Positions 46,302 through 56,500 of a stretch of DNA of 64,000 nt are shown here, piece after piece. Both the position numbers and the translations under genes were made by a program. Each line of letters opens with the position of its first letter. Position 1 is the stretch's first letter. Origin of the DNA: a bacterium. GTDB taxonomy: Bacteria; Krumholzibacteriota; Krumholzibacteriia; LZORAL124-64-63. Below the pieces are notes generated by a model that was not told the DNA's origin, made no database searches, and saw only the letters and a program-made list of their open reading frames with translations. The stretch spans positions 80,033-144,032 of the forward strand of contig JAAEQC010000102.1 in the NCBI GenBank assembly GCA_024231905.1, given 5' to 3'.

Positions 46302-46450
46302 ATCGCCTCTGTTCCAGGCGACGGCCCACCCACCCGTCCGGCACTTCCGGCAGGTGGCGACGACCGTCCCTGAACTTCACTGTCTGCAATCGGTTTCGGC
46401 AATTCCGGGACCGAATTGACCTTCAATCGCCGCCGTGCACAGGAGCCGCC

Positions 46451-49150
46451 TTGAAAGCCAGGGAAATCAGGTCCCGCTTCCTCGAGTACTTCGCCGCCCA
46501 TCAGCACGAGGTCGTCACCTCGTCTTCGCTGGTGCCCCGGGACGACCCGACCCTCATGTTCACCAACGCGGGCATGAACCAGTTCAAGGCCGTCTTCCTG
46601 GGCCTGGAGAAGCGCGACTACGTGCGCGCCACCTCGGTGCAGAAGTGCATGCGCGTCTCGGGCAAGCACAACGACCTGGAGGAGGTGGGCAAGGACGCCC
46701 GCCACCACACCTTCTTCGAGATGCTCGGCAACTGGTCCTTCGGGGACTACTACAAGCGCGAGTCCATCGCCTGGGGCTGGGAATTCCTCACCAAGGAGAT
46801 GGGCCTTGATCCGGAGCGCCTCTGGGTCTCGGTCTACAAGGATGACGACGAGAGCTTCGGCATCTGGGAAAAGGAGGTGGGTGTGCCCGCCGGTCGCATC
46901 GTGCGCCTGGGGGACATTGAGCAGGGCGACGAGGAGAACTTCTGGTCCATGGCCGACACGGGGCCCTGCGGTCCCTGCACCGAGATCCACTACGACCAGG
47001 GCGAGGCGCAGAAGTGCGACCACCCGGACGGCTGTTTCGTGGGCGTGTGCGACTGCGACCGCTGGCTCGAGCTGTGGAACCACGTCTTCATGGAGTTCGA
47101 CCGGCAGGAGGGCGGCAAGTTGATCCCCCTGCCCATGAAGAGCGTGGACACGGGCCTGGGCTTCGAACGCCTGGTGACGGTCATGCAGGGCAAGCAGAGC
47201 AACTACGAGACCGACGTCTTCACGCCCATGATCGCGCGCGTGGCCGAACTCTCGGACCGCGCGCCCGAGGGCGAGGACCGCATCTCCATGCAGGTGATCG
47301 CGGACCACGCCCGGGCCTGCGCCTTCACCGTGGCCGACGGTGCCATCCCCAGCAACCAGGACCGGGGCTACGTGGTCCGGCGCATCCTCAGACGCGCCGC
47401 CCGCCACGGTCATTTGCTGGGCCTGGAGAAGCCGTTCCTGTTCGAGATCGCCGACGTGGTCATCGCCGAGATGGGCGACGCCTACCCGGAACTGGTCGAG
47501 CGCCGCGAACGCATCCTGGAAGTGATCCGCAAGGAGGAGGAGCGTTTCGGACGCACCCTGGCCGGCGGTCTCCAGGTCTACGCCGAATTCAAGGCGGCCA
47601 TGTCTCGTGACGGCCGCACCGAGATCTCCGGCGCCGAGGCCTTCAAGCTCCACGACACCTTCGGCTTCCCGGTGGACCTGACCGCCGTGGTCGCCGAAGA
47701 GGACGGCTTCACCGTGGATCGGACCGGCTTCTCCGTCTGCATGGAGGAACAGCGGGCCCGCAGCGGTTCCGAACGGGTCTACCGCGAGGGCCTGGGCGCC
47801 TGGCAGCCCGTGGCCGACGCCGACCTGGCCGGGTATCGCGGCGCCTTCACCGGTTACGACGCCCTGACCGGATCCGGCCAGCCGGTGGCCCTGCGCGCAG
47901 CTGGCGACCAAGTGCACCTGCTTCTGGACGCCACGCCCTTCTACGGCGAATCCGGCGGCCAGGTGGGCGACAGCGGGACCATCACCCTGCAGCCCGCGGG
48001 CACCGTTCTGAAGGTCGTCGACACCCAGGCCGCCGAGGAGGGCTCTTCCCTGGTGCTCGCCGGCACGGTGGAGGACCTCCTGCCGGCCCTGGCCGCCGCC
48101 GAGTCGGTGGACCAGGTGGTGGACGCCGATGCACGGCTGTCGACCATGCGCCACCACACGGCCACCCACCTGCTGCACGCTGCCCTGCGCCGGGTCTTGG
48201 GCGACCACGTGGAACAGGCGGGCAGCGTGGTGGATCCGCGCCGCCTGCGCTTCGATTTCCGTCACGACCAAGCTCTCACCGCGGACGAGCTCACGCAGGT
48301 CGAGCGCCTGGTCCAGGACCGCATCCTGGACAACCGTCCGGTGGTGCGCCACGACGACATGGCCCTGGACGACGCCCGCGGTCGCGGCGCCATGGCTCTC
48401 TTCGGCGAGAAGTACGGGGACCGGGTGCGGGTCATCGAGATCCACGGCGGCGCCCAGGCCAACCAGGCGGCCCCCGACGCCGGCGACCTCTTCTCCCTGG
48501 AACTCTGCGGCGGCACCCACTGCCTGGCCACCGGCGATATCGGTCCCTTCCGTATCGTGGGCGAAGGCAGCGTCTCGGCGGGCGTGCGGCGCATCGAGGC
48601 AGTGGCCGGCATCGTGGCCCGGGACCTGACCCACCGGGACCGGGACCAGCTGGCGGCCCTGGGCCGGGTGCTGCGTTCGGACGGGGCGGGTTACTCCGAG
48701 CAGGTGGACGAATTGCTGGCCGAGCAGAAGGCCCTGCGCAAGGAACTGTCGGGCCAGCGAAGCGCTTCGGCCCAGGCGGGCCTGGAGGACGCGCTGGCGG
48801 CGCCGCAGGCCATCGGCGACCTGCGCCTGGTGGCGGCGGCGGTGCCCGCCGACGACAAGGACGCCTTCCTCAAGCTCGGCGACCACGTCAGGGACAAGCT
48901 GGGCACGGCAGGGGTGGTGGTCCTGGCGGCGGACATAGGCGGCAAGGCCATGGTGCTGGTGACGCTCACGTCCGACCTGGTGGCGAGCAAGCGCCTGCAC
49001 GCGGGCAACCTGGTCAAGGAGATCGCCGCTGCGGCCGGCGGCCGCGGCGGCGGTCGGCCCAACATGGCCCAGGCGGGCCTGCCGGACGCGGCGGCCGTGG
49101 CCACGGTCCTGGCGGCGGCGCCGGGCGTGGTCGAAACCCAGGCCGGCTAG
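46451..49150 (+). CDS. alaS: Alanine--tRNA ligase
   Basis: 899 aa. Class II core (FTNAGMNQFK), a WGGG-like editing region (HxxxH...CGGTH) and a C-terminal DHHA1. TTG start after AGGAG. Confidence 0.9.
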   Translation: MKAREIRSRFLEYFAAHQHEVVTSSSLVPRDDPTLMFTNAGMNQFKAVFLGLEKRDYVRATSVQKCMRVSGKHNDLEEVGKDARHHTFFEMLGNWSFGDYYKRESIAWGWEFLTKEMGLDPERLWVSVYKDDDESFGIWEKEVGVPAGRIVRLGDIEQGDEENFWSMADTGPCGPCTEIHYDQGEAQKCDHPDGCFVGVCDCDRWLELWNHVFMEFDRQEGGKLIPLPMKSVDTGLGFERLVTVMQGKQSNYETDVFTPMIARVAELSDRAPEGEDRISMQVIADHARACAFTVADGAIPSNQDRGYVVRRILRRAARHGHLLGLEKPFLFEIADVVIAEMGDAYPELVERRERILEVIRKEEERFGRTLAGGLQVYAEFKAAMSRDGRTEISGAEAFKLHDTFGFPVDLTAVVAEEDGFTVDRTGFSVCMEEQRARSGSERVYREGLGAWQPVADADLAGYRGAFTGYDALTGSGQPVALRAAGDQVHLLLDATPFYGESGGQVGDSGTITLQPAGTVLKVVDTQAAEEGSSLVLAGTVEDLLPALAAAESVDQVVDADARLSTMRHHTATHLLHAALRRVLGDHVEQAGSVVDPRRLRFDFRHDQALTADELTQVERLVQDRILDNRPVVRHDDMALDDARGRGAMALFGEKYGDRVRVIEIHGGAQANQAAPDAGDLFSLELCGGTHCLATGDIGPFRIVGEGSVSAGVRRIEAVAGIVARDLTHRDRDQLAALGRVLRSDGAGYSEQVDELLAEQKALRKELSGQRSASAQAGLEDALAAPQAIGDLRLVAAAVPADDKDAFLKLGDHVRDKLGTAGVVVLAADIGGKAMVLVTLTSDLVASKRLHAGNLVKEIAAAAGGRGGGRPNMAQAGLPDAAAVATVLAAAPGVVETQAG

Positions 49151-49172
49151 AAAGCACCGCGATTCAAAGCAA

Positions 49173-49209
49173 GAACCGGGACACCTGAGGGCGTCCCGGT
49201 TCTCGTTTT
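49173..49209 (+). terminator. Rho-independent terminator after alaS
   Basis: gaaccgggac-acctgagggc-gtcccggttc followed by TCGTTTT. Confidence 0.55.
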
Positions 49210-49224
49210 CCCACCATAAACCAA

Positions 49225-49779
49225 TTAGGGCAGGAATCCGATATCCACGCCCACCGTGAGGGTGTACAGCCGGGTGCGGTGGGACTCCAACTGCAGTTGC
49301 CGCGCCAGGACCTCAACGTAGAGGTTGGATTCCGTGTCGCCCCGCACCAACAGCCCGAATCCGCCGCCGTAGACCAGGTCCGAATGGGAATAGCTCGCGG
49401 CGCCGACCGCTGAATCGAAGTCGTAATCGTACTGGCCGGCGAAGCCCTTCAGGTAGGGCGCGTGCTTGCCGTCCCGCACGAAGTACTTGCCGGTGGCCAG
49501 GTAGTCGACGACGGACTCGTTGGGAGCGTTGCCGTTCACGTCCTGCTCGGCGTCGTAGCCCAGGTAGGAGATCTCCGCGCCCAGGATCAGCCGCGGGGTC
49601 AATTGGTAGCCCAGGCCGGCACCCACGATGTAGCCGTTGTCGGCCTCGTCGCTGGAAGGCACGTTGAAGCCGCCGCCGAAGGTGAGATTGAAGTTGCCCG
49701 GTTCGGGTTCGCTCGCTGTCGCGGTCCCGGCCACGGCCAGGACGCAGATCAGACCAACCAGCACGCGCATCATGGCCAT
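49225..49779 (-). CDS. Outer-membrane beta-barrel protein (OmpW/OmpA-TM-like)
   Basis: Signal peptide, Gly/Tyr-rich alternating strands and a terminal …GFLP. Confidence 0.6.
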   Translation of the reverse strand: MAMMRVLVGLICVLAVAGTATASEPEPGNFNLTFGGGFNVPSSDEADNGYIVGAGLGYQLTPRLILGAEISYLGYDAEQDVNGNAPNESVVDYLATGKYFVRDGKHAPYLKGFAGQYDYDFDSAVGAASYSHSDLVYGGGFGLLVRGDTESNLYVEVLARQLQLESHRTRLYTLTVGVDIGFLP

Positions 49780-49860
49780 GCTCCTCGGCTCGAGTGGGGC
49801 GAGTTTACGTGAACCCTTTAGGTATCGGGGGTGGGGGGCGGGTCTTGAGGACCGGGATCG

Positions 49861-50523
49861 TCAGCGCAGGTGCCGGACCTCGTCCGGGGATTTGCGCCCG
49901 ATGTCGGGCACGGTGGCGTCAGCGGCCGCATGGCCGGCTACCAGCAGCAGGAAAGGCTTCTCCCGGCGGGGCCGCTCCAGGATGCGACCCAGGAATTGCA
50001 TGGGACTGGGCGTGTGGGTGAGGGTGGCCAGCCCCGCGTCGTGGAGGGCGGCGATGAGGAAACCCGCCGCCAGGCCCACCGATTCCTTGGTGTAATAGTA
50101 GCGGATCTTCCGTCCGTCCGGAGCCAGGCCGTAGCGCTGCTCGAAGACCACGATGAGCCAGGGCGCCGTCTCCAGGAAAGGTTTCTCGGCGTCGGTGCCC
50201 AGGGGGGCAAGGGCGTCGAGCCACTCCTGGCTGGCCCGCCCCTCGTAGAAGGCCCGCTCCTCCGCCTCGGCGGCCAACCGGATCTCCCGCTTGACCGCCG
50301 GGTCGCCGACGATCTCGAAGTGCCAGGGCTGCATGTTGGCGCCGCTGGGCGCCTGGGCCGCCGCGCGGACGCACTCCTGGATGACGGCCCGGTCGACCGG
50401 ACGGTCGCAGAAGTGGCGGACCGTGCGCCGGGCGGTCAGGCGGTCGGCGAAATCCCGGGCCCGGGCCAGGCGTTCATCGTCGTCGTAGGCGGGCAGCGGG
50501 GGCAGGGGAAGGTGCGGCTTCAT
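49861..50523 (-). CDS. Nitroreductase family protein
   Basis: RRTVRHF...[13 protein letters not shown]-binding signature. 221 aa. Confidence 0.7.
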   Translation of the reverse strand: MKPHLPLPPLPAYDDDERLARARDFADRLTARRTVRHFCDRPVDRAVIQECVRAAAQAPSGANMQPWHFEIVGDPAVKREIRLAAEAEERAFYEGRASQEWLDALAPLGTDAEKPFLETAPWLIVVFEQRYGLAPDGRKIRYYYTKESVGLAAGFLIAALHDAGLATLTHTPSPMQFLGRILERPRREKPFLLLVAGHAAADATVPDIGRKSPDEVRHLR

Positions 50524-50530
50524 GATCTCC

Positions 50531-51109
50531 TCACGGGGTGGCGTCGAGCAGGAGTTGCGAGGCGATCTCTGCGCGCTTGTCGTCGCCGCACAGGATGCCC
50601 ACCAGGACGATGGCGAACTCGAGGGCCGTGCCGGGCCCCTGGCTCGTGACCAGGGGGCCGTCCACCACCACACGCTCGTCGCAGTGGGAACCGGCGGGCA
50701 ACCATTCGGCCAGGGCGGGGAAGCAGGTGGCGCGGCGGCCGTCCAGCAGGCCGTGCTCGGCCAGCACCGTCACCGGGGCGGCGCAGATGGCGCCCAGCAG
50801 GCGGCCGGCATCGGCATGGGTCCTCAGCAGTTCGGTGAGGGGCTCGCTGTCCCGGAGATACTCGGCGCCCGGCAGGCCGCCCGGCAAGACGACGGCGTCC
50901 CAGGCGGTGACAGCGCATTCGTCCAGCAGGGCGTCGGCCACCAGGCGTACGCCGCGCGAGGCGGTGACCTCCGGTCCTTCGCCGCCGGGCGAGGGTACCC
51001 GCGCCACGGTAACCTCGACACCGGCCCGGCGCAGGGTGTCGACGATGCAGACGGCTTCGATCTCCTCGGACCCGTCGCTGATCGGTACGAGCACGCGGGG
51101 TGGGGACAT
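50531..51109 (-). CDS. DJ-1/PfpI (ThiJ) family protein
   Basis: DAVVLPGG...AICAAP nucleophile-elbow Cys motif. 192 aa. Confidence 0.8.
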   Translation of the reverse strand: MSPPRVLVPISDGSEEIEAVCIVDTLRRAGVEVTVARVPSPGGEGPEVTASRGVRLVADALLDECAVTAWDAVVLPGGLPGAEYLRDSEPLTELLRTHADAGRLLGAICAAPVTVLAEHGLLDGRRATCFPALAEWLPAGSHCDERVVVDGPLVTSQGPGTALEFAIVLVGILCGDDKRAEIASQLLLDATP

Positions 51110-51176
51110 GGGGCCTCCCAGGTGTGGCGATGATGTTCGGCAGGAACAGGATACGATCCGCCGCCCCGGGCCGCAC

Positions 51177-52130
51177 TCAGAGATCGAAGGCCCAGCCCAC
51201 CGTTACCGTCAGCATGTCGTTGGTCGGTTGGGGATCGACGGCGCCGCTGCTGCGGTGGTGGCTGCGCACTTCGGCGGTGGCCCGGCCCGACCGGACGCCC
51301 ATGCCGATGGCGGTGCCGAGCCAGGAATTCTCCCGGTGATACCAGCCCAGGCCCAGGCTGACGAAGGGCTCGATGCCGCCGGCCGGCAGGGTGACGCGGG
51401 CGGTGGCGCCCGCGTGGCCCGTGTCGTGCACCGAGGCGGCGCGGCCGCTCCAGTGCTCGCGGTAGGTGCCCAGGCGCATCCAGCCCACGTCGGGTCCCGC
51501 CTCGAGCCAGGATTTCAGGCGGCGTGGCACGAAGAGGCGCAAGTGCAGGTCGTCGTACTTGTCGCCGCCGATGTCGTCGGCGGCGGACATGCCCAGTTGG
51601 GGTTCGAGGCGCCAGGCACAAAGCGGGACCGCTGCGCGGACATCCAGGTCGTACCACGTCTCGGAACCGGATCCGATCAGGGCGCCTATGCTGCCGACGA
51701 TCGTGGCCCCCACCGAGGCGCTGCCGATGGTCATGCCGGCGAAGGGGGCGACCGTACCCTCGATGGTGTTTTCGTCGGCCAGGTCCGACGCGGCGAGAGC
51801 GAACAGCAATCCCAGAACGCCGCCGCTCGCGGCGCCGATGGTGCTGCCGGTCCGCCAGCCGCGGGCGGACGTGGAGCGCTGCTGGCGCACCAGCAGGATC
51901 TCTCCGGCGGCCAAGGCTTCGCGCGCCGGCTGTCCCGAAATCGCGGCCAGACCCACCGAGTCGCCCGCCGCCGGGGCCGGAAAGCCTGTGTGCACGGCCC
52001 CGTCGTCAGTGGTGATCTCCAGCAGAAGGCCCGGGTCCAGGCGGAGGACGCGGATCGCCCAGTCCTCGTCGGCGCGGGCGGAGGACAGGAGCAGCGGGAC
52101 CAGGAGCAGTACGAGGATCAAGCGGGGCAT
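51177..52130 (-). CDS. Hypothetical secreted/outer-membrane protein
   Basis: Signal peptide. Gly/Ala/Ser-rich middle. C-terminal beta-strand pattern ending in …VGWAFDL. Confidence 0.5.
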   Translation of the reverse strand: MPRLILVLLLVPLLLSSARADEDWAIRVLRLDPGLLLEITTDDGAVHTGFPAPAAGDSVGLAAISGQPAREALAAGEILLVRQQRSTSARGWRTGSTIGAASGGVLGLLFALAASDLADENTIEGTVAPFAGMTIGSASVGATIVGSIGALIGSGSETWYDLDVRAAVPLCAWRLEPQLGMSAADDIGGDKYDDLHLRLFVPRRLKSWLEAGPDVGWMRLGTYREHWSGRAASVHDTGHAGATARVTLPAGGIEPFVSLGLGWYHRENSWLGTAIGMGVRSGRATAEVRSHHRSSGAVDPQPTNDMLTVTVGWAFDL

Positions 52131-52263
52131 GGTAGCAACCGTTTCCAGGGGTGTGTGGGGTGGGTCGACAGCCGGTGCATGAACGCCGTTACGGTACGGT
52201 ATCGAGAGGGATTCATCAAAAAAAGCGGGGACGGCAACCGCCGTCCCCGCTTCAAGCGCCGCT

Positions 52264-53796
52264 TCAGGAATCGGTCGCGGGAGTCTCCTCCTCGACCGGT
52301 TGGGGCAGCGGCGTGTCGGTGCCCAGGAACTCGTCCCGGTGGAACTTGTGCAGCATCAGGTCCGGATCTCCATGCTCCAAGGGGAGCAGGAACTGGAACG
52401 GCTGATCGCTGCCCTGGGCCAGGAGGGAGTGGCAAAGGGTGCAGTCGTAGGGGACCGCCACGCCCTGCTCGTCCACCATGTCCGGATTGTGGCACCGGAA
52501 GCACCCGCTCTCGCCCCGGTGGCCCAGGTGCGAAGGGTAGGTGTTCCAGGTCACGTTCATGGCCGGGAAGATGTTGCGGGCGTAGATGGCCTGCACCTCC
52601 TTAACCATGGTGTCGATTTCGAGGCCGAGTCCCGTCGCGCGGTGCTCGCCGCGCCGGTAGAAGCCGCGGATCTCGTTGTCGATGCCGGACAGGGCGGCGT
52701 CCTTGTCCCGCCAGTTGCCCAGCAGGGCGTCCAGGGCCACCCGCTTGGCGAACGGCAGATGCCGGTCGATGCGGTCGGCGGATAGGGCGGCGTCCACCGC
52801 GCCCTCCGGATCCTGGTAGACGTGGGTGGCGCGATTATGGCAATCGACGCAGTCCATGGACCGCACTTCCGCCGGGTGCTCGTCGCTCCCGGTCGGCTGC
52901 ACGTTGCGGTTCGTGTAGCGGTGGAACTTGTCGCCGCGCTTCACTTCCACCCAGGTCATCTTCGTGCGACCCGGATCGGCGGCCTCGTAGCGGACCTCGT
53001 TGGACCCGGCGATGTGCCAGTGGATCGTGCCCCGGTCCTCGCCCGTGCCCGATCCCACCTTCAGGGCCAACGTCGTGTGCCGCGGCGTCGAGGTCCGGTC
53101 CGGTGCGAAGCTGTCGAATGACTTGATGCGTGTCCCGTAGAACTTGTCGGGCCAGTGGCACTTCTCGCACGTCTCCCGGGCCGGACGCAGCTGGCGCACC
53201 GGCGTCGGGATGGGACGCTCGTAGAGGTCGAAGGTGGCCGAGATCACCTGCCACAGGCCGTTCAGTTTGGCGTCGATCAGGGCGCCGGCGCCCTCACCCA
53301 CGTGGCACTCCACGCACTTGACGTGGGCGTGGGGGGAGTTCTGGTAGGCCGTCCACTCCGGTTCCATGACCGGATGGCAGGCGGTCCCGCAGAATTCGGG
53401 TCCATCCATGAAATGGAGCACGCGCGCGCCGCCGAGACCGATGAACATGAGGTTCATCACGGTCAGCAGGGCGATCATGCCCACCAGCGACGAGCCCAGG
53501 CGCTTGGCCTTGGTCATGTCGTCGGGGAATCTCTGGCTGAGCAACTCTTCGGTCGTGCGCCCGGTGGCCTGGCGGAATTTCCACCAGCCGATCGGGATCA
53601 GGATCAGGCCCAGGAGGAACAGGGCCGGCAAGGCCATGTAGCTGATGAGCCCGACGTAGGAGTTGGTCAGGATTCCCGCGATCCGCAGCAGCTCGAAACC
53701 GACGAAGAGCAGGAACGCGGAGGTCACGAAAGTGACCCCCAACGTTCCGGTCCAGTTCGTCGAGATGCCGCGGATGAAGAGCTGGAATCGCTTCAT
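52264..53796 (-). CDS. Membrane-anchored hexaheme c-type cytochrome (3 N-terminal TM helices; NapC/NrfH/ImcH-like candidate quinol dehydrogenase)
   Basis: Three hydrophobic helices in the first ~130 aa, then six CxxCH sites (CGTACH, CVECH, CEKCH, CVDCH, CFRCH, CTLCH). Begins 11 nt after the HAO-like gene stop. Confidence 0.75.
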   Translation of the reverse strand: MKRFQLFIRGISTNWTGTLGVTFVTSAFLLFVGFELLRIAGILTNSYVGLISYMALPALFLLGLILIPIGWWKFRQATGRTTEELLSQRFPDDMTKAKRLGSSLVGMIALLTVMNLMFIGLGGARVLHFMDGPEFCGTACHPVMEPEWTAYQNSPHAHVKCVECHVGEGAGALIDAKLNGLWQVISATFDLYERPIPTPVRQLRPARETCEKCHWPDKFYGTRIKSFDSFAPDRTSTPRHTTLALKVGSGTGEDRGTIHWHIAGSNEVRYEAADPGRTKMTWVEVKRGDKFHRYTNRNVQPTGSDEHPAEVRSMDCVDCHNRATHVYQDPEGAVDAALSADRIDRHLPFAKRVALDALLGNWRDKDAALSGIDNEIRGFYRRGEHRATGLGLEIDTMVKEVQAIYARNIFPAMNVTWNTYPSHLGHRGESGCFRCHNPDMVDEQGVAVPYDCTLCHSLLAQGSDQPFQFLLPLEHGDPDLMLHKFHRDEFLGTDTPLPQPVEEETPATDS

Positions 53797-53807
53797 CGCT
53801 CAGCCCC

Positions 53808-55136
53808 TTACTTGATGTTCACCTGGTACGTGCCGTCGAACATGGCCGCCAGCTTGCCCGACTTGATGTCGGCCTTGATGTCGGCGGTCGGCTGCGACAT
53901 CCACACGTGCATGGGATCGGCGAGGATCTCGTCGATCAGCTTGTCCACGTCCGGGTCGTGGAATTTGCGCAGCTCCGGGATGTACTTGAAGTAGAAGTGC
54001 TGGGCCACTTCGTAGATGCCGTGCCACCAGGTGTAGTCCGGTCCCATCATGGCCGCGCCGTGACGCGCACGACGACCCTCGTGGTGCCAGATCTCCCACC
54101 AGATCCACTCGTACTTGTTGGAGAAGTTGGCGGTGCCGTCGCCCAGCTTCTTCTCCTTGGCCAGCTTGTGCAGGGCCGCGCCCGGCTTGGCGAACTTCTC
54201 GTTGTAGAGGTGCACGAGGCCGTCGAGCTGGGCGTAGTGGCCGTCCACGAAGGTCTTGCCGTGGCAGTTGGTGCACACGTCCTTCATGTTGTCCCGCTTG
54301 GCTTCCCAGTTGTCCTTGGTCTTGGACACGGGCGGACGCAGGGTCCAGCTGATGCGCATGCCCACGTCGTGGGTCACGGCCTGGTTGCTCGTGGCCGACA
54401 TGTGGCAGGTGGCGCAAGTGGGGGCCTCGAAGTAGTCCAAGCCCACGATCCAGCGCTTGGCCTCCAGGTTCATCTTTTCCTGGTTGGTGTAGTAGGCGTT
54501 GCCGTGCTTGGACTCCTCGTAGACTTCCTTCTGCGGATGGTCCGGGCCCAGGTGGCACTTGGAGCAGGCCTCGGGCTGGCGGGCCTGCTTCACGCTGAAG
54601 GCGTGCCGCGTATGGCAGGCCGTGCACGCACCCTTGCTGCCGTCAGGATTCAGTCGGCCGATGCCGCTGTTGGGCCAACTCAAGCGGTGCAGCTTGTTGG
54701 GGCTGTTGGGGTCGATGAGCATCTTGCCGCCGTGGCAACTCTCGCAACCGGCGATGGCCACCGGCGCGCCACCGGCCGCGTGGGCCAGGTATGCGTCCTT
54801 GGAGTCGAGAATCTCACCGGCGTGGGCGTGGTAGCTGTCGCCCACTTCCTTGGCTTCCTTCTCGTGGCATTTGCCGCAGTCGTAGGGTGTGACGAGGGTG
54901 GCGATGAGGGCGCCTTCGTGCATGAAACCGTCCGCGTCACCCTGGGCGGCAGCGTGGCAGTCGATGCAGGTCACGTTGTGCTTGGCGTGCTCCGAGTCGT
55001 ACCACTGGTTGTACAGGCCGAGGCTCTTCTCCTTGTGGCAAGTCATGCACTTGCCGGCCGCCGTGTCGTCGGCGGCCAGAGCGGCGCCGGACGCCAGGAG
55101 GGCGAGGAGGCTCGCGGCGATCAGCAGCTTCTTCAT
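53808..55136 (-). CDS. Octaheme cytochrome c of the hydroxylamine oxidoreductase (HAO) family
   Basis: Signal peptide plus eight CxxCH sites (CMTCH, CIDCH, CGKCH, CESCH, CTACH, CSKCH, CATCH, CTNCH). Spacing and ~440-aa length are HAO/epsilon-Hao-like. RBS AAGGAG 7 nt before the ATG. Confidence 0.8.
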   Translation of the reverse strand: MKKLLIAASLLALLASGAALAADDTAAGKCMTCHKEKSLGLYNQWYDSEHAKHNVTCIDCHAAAQGDADGFMHEGALIATLVTPYDCGKCHEKEAKEVGDSYHAHAGEILDSKDAYLAHAAGGAPVAIAGCESCHGGKMLIDPNSPNKLHRLSWPNSGIGRLNPDGSKGACTACHTRHAFSVKQARQPEACSKCHLGPDHPQKEVYEESKHGNAYYTNQEKMNLEAKRWIVGLDYFEAPTCATCHMSATSNQAVTHDVGMRISWTLRPPVSKTKDNWEAKRDNMKDVCTNCHGKTFVDGHYAQLDGLVHLYNEKFAKPGAALHKLAKEKKLGDGTANFSNKYEWIWWEIWHHEGRRARHGAAMMGPDYTWWHGIYEVAQHFYFKYIPELRKFHDPDVDKLIDEILADPMHVWMSQPTADIKADIKSGKLAAMFDGTYQVNIK

Positions 55137-55591
55137 CGTCGGGCTCCTTGATCGGATTCGGGACGAAACTGGTTGTGAACAACCCAACAACCTTCGTCTG
55201 AACTTCACCTTGGGTCAATCCCCCTTCGGGGGGTGCGGAGGGGGTCTCCGAGTGTCGCTTGACGCCTCATCTGCTGATTCTGAAACGCGTTATCGCGATG
55301 TCATCGGTTCGTCACAGGCATGTAAGCTGGTCCTCGGTCGTATATTCCGGTCGTATCGATAATTAGGACATATGTATCTGTTACAGAAGGTTCAAATCTT
55401 CGCAATCGCTGCATAATCACGAGCCGCCATGTTCCATGATGCTTTGTAACTGTTATCGACAAGAACGTCCTGAAACGGACGCTATCTGGGACCGGGTTTC
55501 GAGGGAATCAACTTTCCGGGAGGGTTCGCAGTTGGCGGGGTGGGAGAGACGGGCATGGATTCCCCGGACCGGTCGCCGTAGATTGACCTTC
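55137..55591. promoter_or_regulatory. Unusually AT-rich 450-bp divergent intergenic region upstream of the HAO operon and the LpxL-like gene
   Basis: Local GC drop with palindromes ATCGCGAT, TATCGATA (about 55355-55362) and the motif ttgtaactgttatcgacaag (55445-55464). Confidence 0.35.
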
Positions 55592-56500
55592 ATGCACTGG
55601 CGCGACGACATGGAATACCTGGCCTTTCGCGGAGCCCGCGCGGCCCTGTGTGCCTTGCCCTACGGAGGCGCCGAATGCGTTCTGCGTGAATTGGCGCGAT
55701 TGGTGGGCCCGGGGTTGGGCCTTCGCTCACGAGTCGTCGCCGACCAGCTGCGTTCAGTCTACGCCGACCTGTCCGACGCCCGGCGCGCCGCCATGCTGAG
55801 GGCTGTGTACGACCACTTGGGGCGCACGGTGGCGGAGATCCTCTGCGCGGAACCGGCGCGGCTGGCCGCCTCGGTCCGGGTCGATCCCGGCTGGGACGAA
55901 CTCGACCAGGCGGTGGCTCTCGGGCGCGGGGTTGTGGTGGCGTCGGCCCATCAGGGCAACTTCGAACTGGGTGGCCGCGTACTGGCCGCACGCTACGACG
56001 TACTGGACGTGGTCAAACCCCAGCGCAATCGGGCCTTCGACCGGGACCTGACGGACCTGCGCCAAGCCCACGGCATCGACACGGTGCCCATGGCCCGGGC
56101 GGGGCGTGCGGTGTTGGCCCACCTGCGGCGCGGCGGGGTGGTGACCTTCTTTATAGACCAGGATGCCGGGGCCCGGGGCCTGCGGCTGGATTTCCTGGGC
56201 CGTCCCGCTTCCACCTGGCCCGGGGCCGCCCGCTTCGCCCTGCGTGCCGGGGCGCCGGTGGTGCCGGCGGCCATGGCGCGGCGCCCGGGCGGACACGTCC
56301 TGCGTGTGGGGCGCGCACTGGCCACGCAATCGGGGCCGGCCGACCCGGCCGCCACCTTGAAACTCATGGGGCGGATCAACGCCGCCGTGGAAGAATTCGT
56401 ACGGGAGGATCCGGAACAGTGGTTCTGGGTCCACCGCCGCTGGAAGGGCGCCGCCGAGGCGCGCGCCGTCGCTTCATCCGGGAAGGACGAGGACACATGA
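55592..56500 (+). CDS. LpxL/HtrB-family lipid A (lyso)acyltransferase
   Basis: VVASAHQGNFELGG (HxxxxE/D acyltransferase motif of the LpxL family). Start uncertain. Stop overlaps the next start. Confidence 0.65.
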   Translation: MHWRDDMEYLAFRGARAALCALPYGGAECVLRELARLVGPGLGLRSRVVADQLRSVYADLSDARRAAMLRAVYDHLGRTVAEILCAEPARLAASVRVDPGWDELDQAVALGRGVVVASAHQGNFELGGRVLAARYDVLDVVKPQRNRAFDRDLTDLRQAHGIDTVPMARAGRAVLAHLRRGGVVTFFIDQDAGARGLRLDFLGRPASTWPGAARFALRAGAPVVPAAMARRPGGHVLRVGRALATQSGPADPAATLKLMGRINAAVEEFVREDPEQWFWVHRRWKGAAEARAVASSGKDEDT

